From the human T2T-CHM13v2.0 reference genome, Homo sapiens, in the NCBI RefSeq assembly GCF_009914755.1, contig NC_060925.1: DNA of 64,000 nucleotides; one strand, given 5' to 3'. Below are positions 45,881-57,035 of the stretch, piece after piece (within the stretch, counting starts at the first letter, position 1; every line of letters begins with the position of its first letter). A model generated the notes under the pieces. It was not told the DNA's origin. It was given only the letters and a program-made list of their open reading frames with translations, and made no database searches. The position numbers and the translations under genes were made by a program.

Positions 45881-47057
45881 TGTGTTTTTGTTTTAAAAGA
45901 TTATAAAAAGCCATGAGAATGTAGTTTTTGTTAAAGGAAAAGTAATTTTGTCTAGTTTTGAGGTTTTAAAAAGTTGTTTTAAATTGAAGGAATAAAAAGA
46001 ACGGATATAGAAAGTTGGGGAAAGAGAGAAAATGGGAAAATTGTAAGAGGTTGTAAAAGGTTTATGGAAACCTTACCTTGTGGTCAAAACTGATTGAGAT
46101 TGGATAGACTTGTTTACAAGGTTTATTAAGGCTGGCTTTAGTATTAGTAACACGCTGATACAAAGGTAGAATTTGGTCTTCTCTTTTGAACAAGATTTTT
46201 GTGTAGTATTAATAAGAGATAGAAAAATATTTTTGTTTACCTTCGAGTAAACTGCAAAAAAAGATATAAAGGGGAGAGAGAAAAGACAGATTCAGTTTGC
46301 CTCATGGTGTCTTTATTAGGTCTCATGATTGCTTGGGAAACTGAGTCTCCTCTCTATTAAAGAGTAAAAGTTTTTGCTTTTTGAAATCTCTGAATTATCA
46401 CTTTGGCTAAATGAATAACTATCATTTTCCAGTGACCCATGATCCTATTTTGAACAAGTGTTTTAAATCTTTGGTATTTGACTAACTTTCCAAAATCAAA
46501 ATTCCATATTCTAAATTCAATCTTTTTGACCTCAAACTAACTTTTTGGATATTAGGGCCCCTGAAAGTCTAAGAGAGACATATTAGACTTGTTTCATATG
46601 TTAAAATCATATGGGACGCATTGTCAAATAAGAAATAGTGTTTAACTTTATTTGGGTTATATTTGTATAAATGTGTTTTAATATATGTTCCAAAATTGTA
46701 TGAGACTCCTAAAATTCTTATATGTCTTAGTATATGTTATCAGTAATAATTATGATTATTATGTTAAACACCACAAAAATAACCAAATTTCCTTGTCAAT
46801 TATATCTTTAACCATGGCTATTCTAGACTTTTGTCATCTAGACAATTATTGTTTTAATTTGACTCTTCTCAAAAACTGGTTTATAGTTGGCTATGGTCCA
46901 AAATTTGCTTCTTCTTCAAGGAATTAATGGAAAAGACTTTCACAAGTACTCTTGAATACAGGTTTCTGACAACTTTAGTGATTATACTATTGAACCAGGT
47001 AAAAACTTCCAAGCCTCTAATTAAAAGGTTGATATGATCATGACGATTGCTAGCTCA

Positions 47058-47363
<306 letters not shown>

Positions 47364-48056
47364 CTAACTCAACATCAAGTGGAATAAGAATTCATTAAAT
47401 AGAACTAAACTAATAAAGAACTGAAATAGTTTTTATGACTTCTTTGTTTAAAACAAAAAGAGATTTTGGGTTCTTTTTTTTTTTTTTTTTTTGGTTATTG
47501 ATTCTTTTTATGTTTTGTTTTCCAGAGTCAAGAAAACTTTTTTTCTTTTGAGCTATTTATAGCTTACAACAATCAGGTAAAGTATACCTTTGTGAGCAGA
47601 TTTGAAGCATTTATCTTTCTCTCTGATTTCTCCAGAATTTGGAAACTATATGTGAGTATTCTTATTTTATGGCAATATAGTTATTTGTGTAAGTTCAATA
47701 TGAATCTGTTTTCTTTTGTAACAGGCACATTAGAGGTTGGTTATTTTACTAAGGCTTTGACCAGAGTGTCATATTTTCCAGTAAGATCAGATTGCTTTGA
47801 GAAACAAAGGTTGACTTTATAGAGCTGATAATAAGCCCCTTGGAAAGACTGGCCTGGTACCTTGTCTATGAGGTTTCATAAGGTTTCTAACCTGTGTTAA
47901 GTAAAAAATGTCACTTTCTGACAGGCCTATGAAACTCAAGTTATTTTGGAACCTCAAAGAAAGAGGAATGCACCCAATTCACACAGGTACCACAAGCACA
48001 GTCTAATGGCAAATCCCTGGCTTGGCTTCCTAGCCTTGAGGATTTTAAAAGTCTAA

Positions 48057-48461
<405 letters not shown>

Positions 48462-48573
48462 AAGACTAAAACTTATTTTGCAAATAAATTTGTCTTACTA
48501 TGATTTGTCTTTGGTAAAAACAGGGGACTGGTGAGAGAAAAATTATCTTTCAAAAGAAAATCATAGGACACAT

Positions 48574-49005
48574 TGTCAGGCCTCTGAGCCCAAGCCAAGC
48601 CATTGCATCCCCTATGACTTGCACATATACATCCAGATGGCCTGAAGTAACTGAAGATCCACAAAAGAAGTAAAAATAGCCTTAACTGATGACATTCCAC
48701 CATCGTGATTTTTTTCTGCCCCACCCTAACTGATCAATGTACTTTGTAATCTCCCCCACCCTTAAGAAGGTTCTTTGTAATTCTCCCCACCCTTGAGAAT
48801 GTACTTTGTGAGATCCACCCCTGCCCGCAAAACATTGCTCTTAACTTCACCGCCTATCCCAAAACCTGTAAGAACTAATGATAATCCACCACCCTTTGCT
48901 GACTCTCTTTTTCAGACTCAGCCCACCTGCACACAAGTGAAATAAACAGCCATGTTGCTCACACAAAGCCTGTTTGGTGGTCTCTTCACATGGACGCGCA
49001 TAAAA
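48574..49005 (+). promoter_or_regulatory. HERV-H 5' LTR (type II / LTR7B-like)
   Basis: tgtcaggcctctgagcccaagc start; tandem ctttgtaatctcccccacccttaagaagg-type U3 repeats; several CCCCACCC KLF/SP-like motifs; aataaa. Confidence 0.85.
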
Positions 49006-49007
49006 TT

Positions 49008-49025
49008 TGGTGCCATGACTCGGAT
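49008..49025 (+). other. Primer-binding site complementary to tRNA-His
   Basis: tggtgccatgactcggat versus canonical TGGTGCCGTGACTCGGAT (1 mismatch). Confidence 0.93.
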
Positions 49026-52000
49026 TGGCGGACCTCCCTTGGGAGATCAATCCCCTGTCCTCCTGTTCTTTGCTCCATGAAAAAGATCCACCTATGACCT
49101 CAGGTCCTCAGACCCACCAGCCCAAGGAACATCTCACCAATTTTAAATCCGGTAAGCGGCCTCTTCTTACTCTCTTCTCCAACCTCTCTCACTATCCCTC
49201 AACCACTTTCTCCTTTCCACTCTTCAATCTCTCCCTTCTCTTAATTTCAATTGCTTTCATTTTCTGGCGGAGACAAAGGAGACACGTTTTATCCATGGAC
49301 CCAAAACTCCGGCGCCAGTCACAGACTAGGAAGGCAGCCTTCCCTTGGTGTTTAATCATTGCAGGGACGCCTCTCTGATTATTTACCCACGTTTCAGAGG
49401 TGTCAGACCACGCAGGGACACCTGCCTTGGTCCTTCACCCTTAGCGGCAAGTCCCGCTTTTCTGGGGGAGGGGCAAGTATCCGAACCCCTTCTCTCCGTG
49501 TCTCTACCCCTTCTCTGCGTTTCTGGGGGAGGGGCAAGTACCCCTCAACCCCTTCTCCTTCATCCTTAGCAGCAAGTCCCGCTTTTCTAGGGGGCAAGAA
49601 CCCCCAATCCCTTATTTCCGCACCCTGACCTCTTATCTCTGTGCCCCAATCCCTTATTTCCACACCCTGACCCCTTTCCCGCTTTTCTGGAGGGTAAGAA
49701 CCCCCGAACCCCTTCCCTCCATGTCTCTACTCTCTCTTTTCTCTGGGCTTGCCAACTTCACTATGGGCAACCTTCCACCCTCCATTCCTCCTTCTTCTCC
49801 CTTAGCCTGTGTTCTTAAGAACTTAAAACCTCTTCAACTCACACTGACCTAAAACCTCAACGCCTTATTTTCTTCTGCAACACCACTTGGCCCCAATACA
49901 AACTTGACAATGGCTCTAAATGGCCAGAAAACGGCACTTTTGATTTCTCCACCCTACAAGACCTAAATAATTTTTGTCGAAAAATGGCCAAATGGTCTGA
50001 GGTGCCTTACATCCAGGCATTTTTCACACTTCATTCCCTCCCAAGTCTCTGTTCCCAATGTGATTCCTCCCAAATCCTCCTTCTTTCCCTCCCGCCTGTC
50101 CCCTCAGTCCCAACCCCAAGCGTCGCTGAGTCTTTCCAGTCTTCCTTTTCTACAGACCCATCTGATCTTTCCCCTCCTCCCCAGGCTGCTCATCGCCAGG
50201 CCGAGCTAGGTCCCAATTCTTCCTCAGCCTCCGCTCCTCCACCCTATAATCCTTTTATCACCTCCCCTCCTCACACCCGATCTGGCTCACAGTTTCGTTC
50301 CGTGACTGGCCCTCCCCCACCTGCCCAGCAATTTACTCTTAAAAAGGTGGCTGGAGCTAAAGGCATAGTCAAGGTTAATGCTCCTTTTTCTTTATCCCAA
50401 ATCAGATAGCGTTTAGGCTCTTTTTCGTCAAATATAAAAACCCAGCCCAGTTCATGACTCGTTTGGCAGCAACCCTGAGACACTTTACAGCCCTAGACCC
50501 TAAAAAGTCAAAAGGCCGTCTTATTCTCAATACTCATTTTTTACCCAATCTGCTCCCGACATTAAATAAAACTCCAAAAATTAAATTCCGGCCCTCAAAC
50601 CCCACAACAGGACTTAATTAACCTCGCCTTCAAGGTGTACAATAATAGAGTAGAGGCAGCCAAGTAGCAACATATTTCTGAGTTGCAATTCCTTGCCTCC
50701 ACTGTGAGACAAACCCCAGCCACATCTCCAGCACACAAGAACTTCCAAACGCCTAAACCGCAGTGGCCAGGCGTTCCTCTAGAACCTCCTCCCCCAGGAG
50801 TTTGCTACAAGTGCCAGAAATCTGGCCACTGAGCCAAGGAATGCCCACAGCCCAGGATTCCTCCTAAGCCGCGTCCCATCTGTGTGGGACCCCACTGAAA
50901 ATCGGACTGTTCAACTCACCTGACAGCCACTCCCAGAGCTCCTGGAACTCTGGCCCAAGGCTCTCTGACTGACTCCTTCCCAGATCTTCTCAGCTTAACA
51001 GCTGAAGACTGACACTGCCCGATCGCCTCGGAAGCCCTGTAGACCATCACGGACGCCGAGCTTTAGGTAACTCTCACAGTGGAGGATAAGTCCGTCCTCT
51101 TCTTAATATGGAGGCTACCCACTCCACATTACCTTATTTTTAAGGGCCTGTTTCCCTTGCCTCCATAGCTGTTGTGCGTATTGACAGCCAGGCTTCTAAA
51201 CCTCTTAAAACTCCCCAACTCTAGTGACAACTTAGACAATACTCCTTTATGCAATCCCTTTTAGTTATCCCCACCTGCCCAGTTCCCTTATTAGGCCGAG
51301 ACACTTTAACTAAATTATCTGCTTCCCTGACTATTCCTGGATTACAGCTACATCTCATTGCCACCCTTCTTTCCAATCCAAAGCCTCCTTTGCATCCTCC
51401 TCTTGTATCCCCCCACCTTAACCCACAAGTATAAGATACCTCTACTCCCTCCTTGGTGACCGATCATGCACCCCTTACCATCTCATTAAAACCTAATCAC
51501 CCTTACCCCACTAAACGCCAATATCCCATCCCACAGCATGCTTTGAAAGGATTAAAGCCTGTTATCACTCGCCTGCTACAGCATGGCCTTTAAAAGCCTA
51601 TAAACTCTCCTTACAATTCCCCCATTTTACCTGTCCTAAAACCAGACAAGCCTTACAAGTTAGTTCAGGATCTATGCCTTATCAACCAAATTGTTTTGCC
51701 TATCCACCCTGTGGTGCCAAACCCATTTACTCTCCTATCCTCAATACCTCCCTCCACAACCCATTATTCTGTTCTGGATCTCAAACATGCTTTCTTTACT
51801 ATTCCTTTGCACCCGTCATCCCAGCCTCTCTTCGCTTTCACTCGGACTGACCCTGACACCCATTAGGCTCAGCAAATTACCTAGGCTGTACTGCCTCAAG
51901 GCTTCACAGACATCCCCCATTACTTCAGTCAAGCCCAAATTTCATCCTCATCTGTTACCTATCTCGGCATAACTCTCATAAAAATACACATGCTCTCTCT

Positions 52001-53837
52001 GCTGATCGTGTCTGATTAATCTCCGAAACCTCAATCCCTTACAAAACAACAACTCCTTTCCTTCCTAGGCATGGTTAGTGCAGTCAGAATTCTTACCCAA
52101 GAGCCAGGACCGCCCCCTGTAGCCTTTCTGTCCAAACAACTTGACTTTACTGTTTTAGCCTAGCCCTCATGTCTGCGTGCAGCGGCTGCCACTGCTTTAA
52201 TACTTTTAGAGGCCCTAAAAATCACAAACTATGCTCAACTCACTCTCTACATTTCTCATAACTTCCAAAATTATTTTCTTCCTCATACCTGATGCATATA
52301 CTTTCTGCTCCCCCGCTCCTTCAGCTGTACTCACTCTTTGTTAACTCCCACAATTACCATTGTTCCTGGCCCGGACCTCAATCTGGCCTCCCACATTATT
52401 CCTGATACCACACCTGACCCCCATGACTGTATCTCTCCGATCCACCTGACATTCACCCCATTTCCCCATATTTCCTTTTTTCCTGTTCCTCACCCTGATC
52501 ATGCTTGATTTATTGATGGCAGTTCCACCAGGCCTAATCGCCACACACCAGCAAAGGCAGGCTATGCTATAGTACAAGCCACTAGCCCGCCTCTTAGAAC
52601 CTCTCATTTCCTTTCCATCGTGGAAATCTATCCTCAAAGAAATAACTTCTCAGTGTTCCATCTGCTATTCTACTACTCCTCAGGGATTATTCAGGCCCCC
52701 TCCCTTCCCTACACATCAAACTTGAAGATTTGCCCCCACCCAGGACTGGCAAATTAGCTTTACTCAACATGCCCGAGTCAGATAACTAAAAAACCTCTTA
52801 GTCTAAGTAGACACTTTCACTAGATAAGTAGAGGCCTTTCCTACAGGGTCTGAGAAGGCCACCGCAGTCATTTCTTCCCTTCTGTCAGACACAATTCCTC
52901 AGGTTAGCCTTCCCACCTCTATACAGTCTGATAACAGACCAGCCTTTATTAGTCAAATCAGCCAAGCATTTTTTCAGGCTCTTAGTATTCAGTGAAACCT
53001 TTATATCCCTTACGGTCCTCCGTCTTCAAGAAAAGTAGAACAGACTAATGGTCTTTTAAAAACACACCTCACCAAGCTCAGCCACCAACTTACAAAGGAC
53101 TGGACAATACTTTTACCACTTTCCCTTCTCAGAAGTCAGACCTGTCCTCAGAATGCTACAAGGTACAGCCCATTGAAGCTCCTGTGTAGACGCTCCTTTT
53201 TATTAGGCCCCAGTCTTATTCCAGACACCAGACCAACTTAGACTGTGCCCCCCCCCAAAAAAAAACTTGTCATCCCTACTATCTTCTTTCTAGTCATACT
53301 CCTATTCACCGTTCTCAACTACTCATACATGCCCTGCTCTTGTTTACACTGCCGGTTTACACTGTTTCTCCAAGCCATCACAGCTGATATCTCCTGGTGC
53401 TATCCCCAAACTGCCACTCTTAACTCTTGAAGTAAATAAATAATCTTTGCTGGCAGGACTATGCTGAATCTCCTTAGGCACTCTCTAATCAGATGCCCTA
53501 GGTTCTCCCAATTCTTAGACCTTTTATACCTGTTTTTCTCCTTCTCTTATTCCATTTAGTTTTTCAATTCATACAAAACCGTATCCAGGCCATCACCAAT
53601 CATTCTATACAACAAATGTTTCTTCTAACATCCCCACAATATCACCCCTTACCACAAGATCTCCCTTCAGCTTAATCTCTCCCATTCTAGGTTCCCACGC
53701 CGCCCCTAATCCCGCTTGAAGCAGCCCTGAGAAACATCGCCCATTCTCTCTCCATACCACCCCACAAAAATTTTCGCCGCCCCAACACTTTACCACTATT
53801 TTGTTTTATTTTTCTTATTAATATAAGAAGACAGGAA

Positions 53838-54269
53838 TGTCAGGCCTCTGAGCCCAAGCCATGCCATCGCATCCCCTATGACTTGCACGTATACATCCAG
53901 ATGGGCTGAAGTAACTGAAGATCCACAAAAGAAGTAAAAATAGCCTTAACTGATGACATTCCACCATTGTGATTTGTTTATGCCCCACCCTAACTGATCA
54001 ATGTACTTTGTAATCTCCCCCACCCTTAAGAAGGTTCTTTGTAATTCTCCCCACCCTTGAGAATGTACTTTGTGAGATCCACCCCTGCCCGCAAAACATT
54101 GCTCTTAACTTCACCACCTATCCCAAAACCTATAAGAACTAATGATAATCCACCACACTTTGCTGACTCTCTTTTTCGGACTCAGCCTGCCTGCACCCAG
54201 GTGAAATAAACAGCCACGTTGCTCACACAAAGCCTGTTTGGTGGTCTCTTCACATAGACACGCATGAAA
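53838..54269 (+). promoter_or_regulatory. HERV-H 3' LTR (type II / LTR7B-like)
   Basis: About 19 mismatches versus the 5' LTR by hand count; preceded by PPT. Confidence 0.9.
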
Positions 54270-54974
54270 CACATATTATTAGATTCTAGCTTTGTCCATT
54301 GTTCTTGAGTTTTTATTATTTTCCTGTAATTTGGACTGAATTCTGAATTCCTTCCTGGCTATATGTCTCCAAACTAACATTTTCAAATTTTTTTTTCCAT
54401 TTTTCTGACTTGGAATCATTAGAAATCATTGAAACTGTGCTTTTCTTAAGGCCCTGCAAACTGAAGCTAGACAACTTAAACTTCAGGAGAAATCAAAGCA
54501 ACTTACATATAAACAGATTTCATGCTTGCTGAAGTATGGACTACTGAAAAAGTTCACTTAAACACCTGATTCGAACTACAATCCGAAGTTGCCACTGCAA
54601 TCTGAAGATGTTTCAGAGACTCTTGAAAAGCTTGTCTATAGACTATTCCAGGCATTAACCTTTGTTTTTCTTCGGTTTCCATAGAAATGCCTCGTATTAA
54701 AGATGTTTGCCAGCAACATACAGACAGAGCCAATCTGCAATGCCACCTCCTGGAATAGGTCACAACTGTTTAACCAAACTGATATATTCTCAGGGCTGAG
54801 ACTGATTCAAGAAGATATAGAACGATACACTTAAATTTGCTCTTTTCTGTTTATCCCAATTTGTTTTTCTACTCCTTTGTCCATCTGTACCTAAAACTTC
54901 TAAGCCAAATCTCTCCAAAGCTATTGGCTTAGCTTTTAATATGTGAATTTTTTTTAAGGTTTCAACGTGGGGAC

Positions 54975-55298
54975 TGAAGGAAATCAAAATAGTTTACCCC
55001 AAAATATATTTCTTTGCCATATTTTGAGATGGCTGTCAGAGAGCCAGCAAACAGAAGTAGGCATGCAAAGCTGTCTTTTGTGGGGGAGATTTACATCTGT
55101 AGAGAATTTGCATTGAGGCAGCCAGGCTTTCCTTTGTCTGGATCTAGGGAAAAGAGTCTGACACCTTTAAGGTCTGAAAGAAACACCATCTATTCTCTCT
55201 GAGGGCTACTACCTGTGGAATTTCATCTACATAACAAGACCACCTTTGCTAGTCAGGCCTTCTCTTCTTTTCCTCCCATAGCCTTTGTGTGTGTGTGT

Positions 55299-55335
<37 letters not shown>

Positions 55336-55558
55336 CTGCCATAACCTGATTTGCCACAATCCAGGCCCCCATTCTTTCTGTAACCTCAAGATGGCATAAA
55401 AACTTCTGCACCCCACTGGGATACTGGGTAATCATTCTGATGTACTCTATGTACATGTTAAGAAATTGGATGCCTTTTCTCTTATTAATCTGCCTTTTAT
55501 GAGTTGATTTTTCAGTGAATCTTCAGAGGGTGAAGAAGTTTCCCCCTTTGCCCCTACA
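54975..55558 (+). mobile_element. ERV1 LTR (MER34 family) containing (TG)n at ~55286-55332
   Basis: tgaaggaaatcaaaatagtttaccccaaaatatatttc...tttgcccctaca. Confidence 0.8.
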
Positions 55559-56355
55559 AAATTTATTTTTCCCACTAAACTGTAAGATCCCCAAGGGAAG
55601 GGTCCGTGTATTATGCTCATCACAAAACCTTTCTGCCTAGCACATGGTGGATATTGACTGGTAGTGTTTTAGACTGGGGCATGCGCAGAATTACCACAAT
55701 GCTGCTGAAAGTTTGGATACCATATCACAGAAGCTCTCAAAATATACTAACTGAAACACACACACACACACAAACACAAATGTGGTCATAATCACATCGT
55801 TAATACCTACGCTATTTACATATCCACCCAAATAGTAGAATTCAGGAAGCCAAGACAAAGTCTCCTAAGTGATATTAAAATTTACATTTCCTTTCAAGTG
55901 GTTCTTTGCTCATGATTTTAAAAATAATTGATCTTCAAGAACACAAAAACAAGCATACTATAATTGAATGGCTGCCTATCAAAATGTGATCTGACTTCGG
56001 TAATTATTTTTGCCTTCCAAAGGCTCAAAAGACTTTCTAAAGACATACTTGTGCAGCAAGGAAAAGAACTCATAACCTTAACGCTTTGATTCCTTCTCAT
56101 CTTTATCATGTGGTATTAACATGTAAATATGACCTTTGCTTTTCAAGATTTTACCTACTTCCTTTATTCACTTCTCAAAGGACAGATCAATGGATGAGAT
56201 TACAGCTATCATGAAATTAATTTCATATACTTGAGAAAGCTACTTTAATCACCACCTGGAGGAAAAGATAAATAGCCTGATACCACTTCCTTAGCTGTAG
56301 GAACTAAGATTAGAGGAAAAAATTGTGATAAAGCCTCTCGTTGAAGCTGCAATAC

Positions 56356-56383
56356 CACACACACACACACACACACACACACA
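56356..56383. repeat. (CA)n microsatellite
   Basis: Direct reading. Confidence 0.9.
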
Positions 56384-56592
56384 AGCAAAAGTGCTGCATT
56401 TATGATCAGTCCCTTCAAGTTAGAACTGAGGCACTGACCTGGTGAGCAAATGACTTAAATATTAAATTAAATATTGACTATTTTGCAGTTTATTTCTAGA
56501 CAATTTTGCCATAGGTTTTCCACAATTGAGACACACTGCAAACTCCTCATTGGTACAAAATGAGGAAAGCTTTACAGTACATATAAATAGAA

Positions 56593-56831
56593 TTTTTTTT
56601 TTTGAGATGGGGGATCCTCCCACGTCAGCCACCTCAGCCTTCTGAGTAACTGGGACTACAGCCGTGCACCACGATGCCTGGCTAATTTTTTTTTTTTTTT
56701 TTTTTTTTTTTGGTAGAGACAGGGTTTTGCCATGTTGCCCAAGATGGTCTCAAACTCCTGGGCTCCAGTGATCTATCTGCCTCAGGCTTGCAAAGTGCAG
56801 GGATTACAAGCCGGCACCACTGCACCCAGCC
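56593..56831 (-). mobile_element. AluJ-type with internal deletion and expanded middle poly-T
   Basis: Antisense Alu motifs. Confidence 0.88.
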
Positions 56832-57035
56832 TGAAATTTTTTTAAGAAATAATTTCAAGGTACTATAAAAAACAATTTAAGAAAATGATAGTCATTGGTT
56901 CTATCAAGGTGCTGAGCTGGAGTAATGAAGAACATGTGGACTTTGATTCAGACTATATCACTCATTAGCTACATGACTTTGAGCAAGTTATCTAGCATCT
57001 GAGTCTTAGTTTTATAGAGAAACAAGAATTGTGAT

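Larger units (their letters stand above)
48574..54269 (+). mobile_element. HERV-H provirus (common deleted ~5.7-kb form) with two LTRs; defective gag/pro/pol, env largely absent
   Basis: Two 432-bp LTRs; perfect TSD CACAT; His PBS; gag zinc knuckle CYKCQKSGH*AKEC near 50804; RT and IN remnants with stops; PPT aagaagacaggaa. Confidence 0.97.

Noticed and set aside
49025-53430. HERV-H ORFs as functional Gag/Pol
   Set aside because: Multiple stops and frameshifts, including within the zinc knuckle; only short fragments are open.
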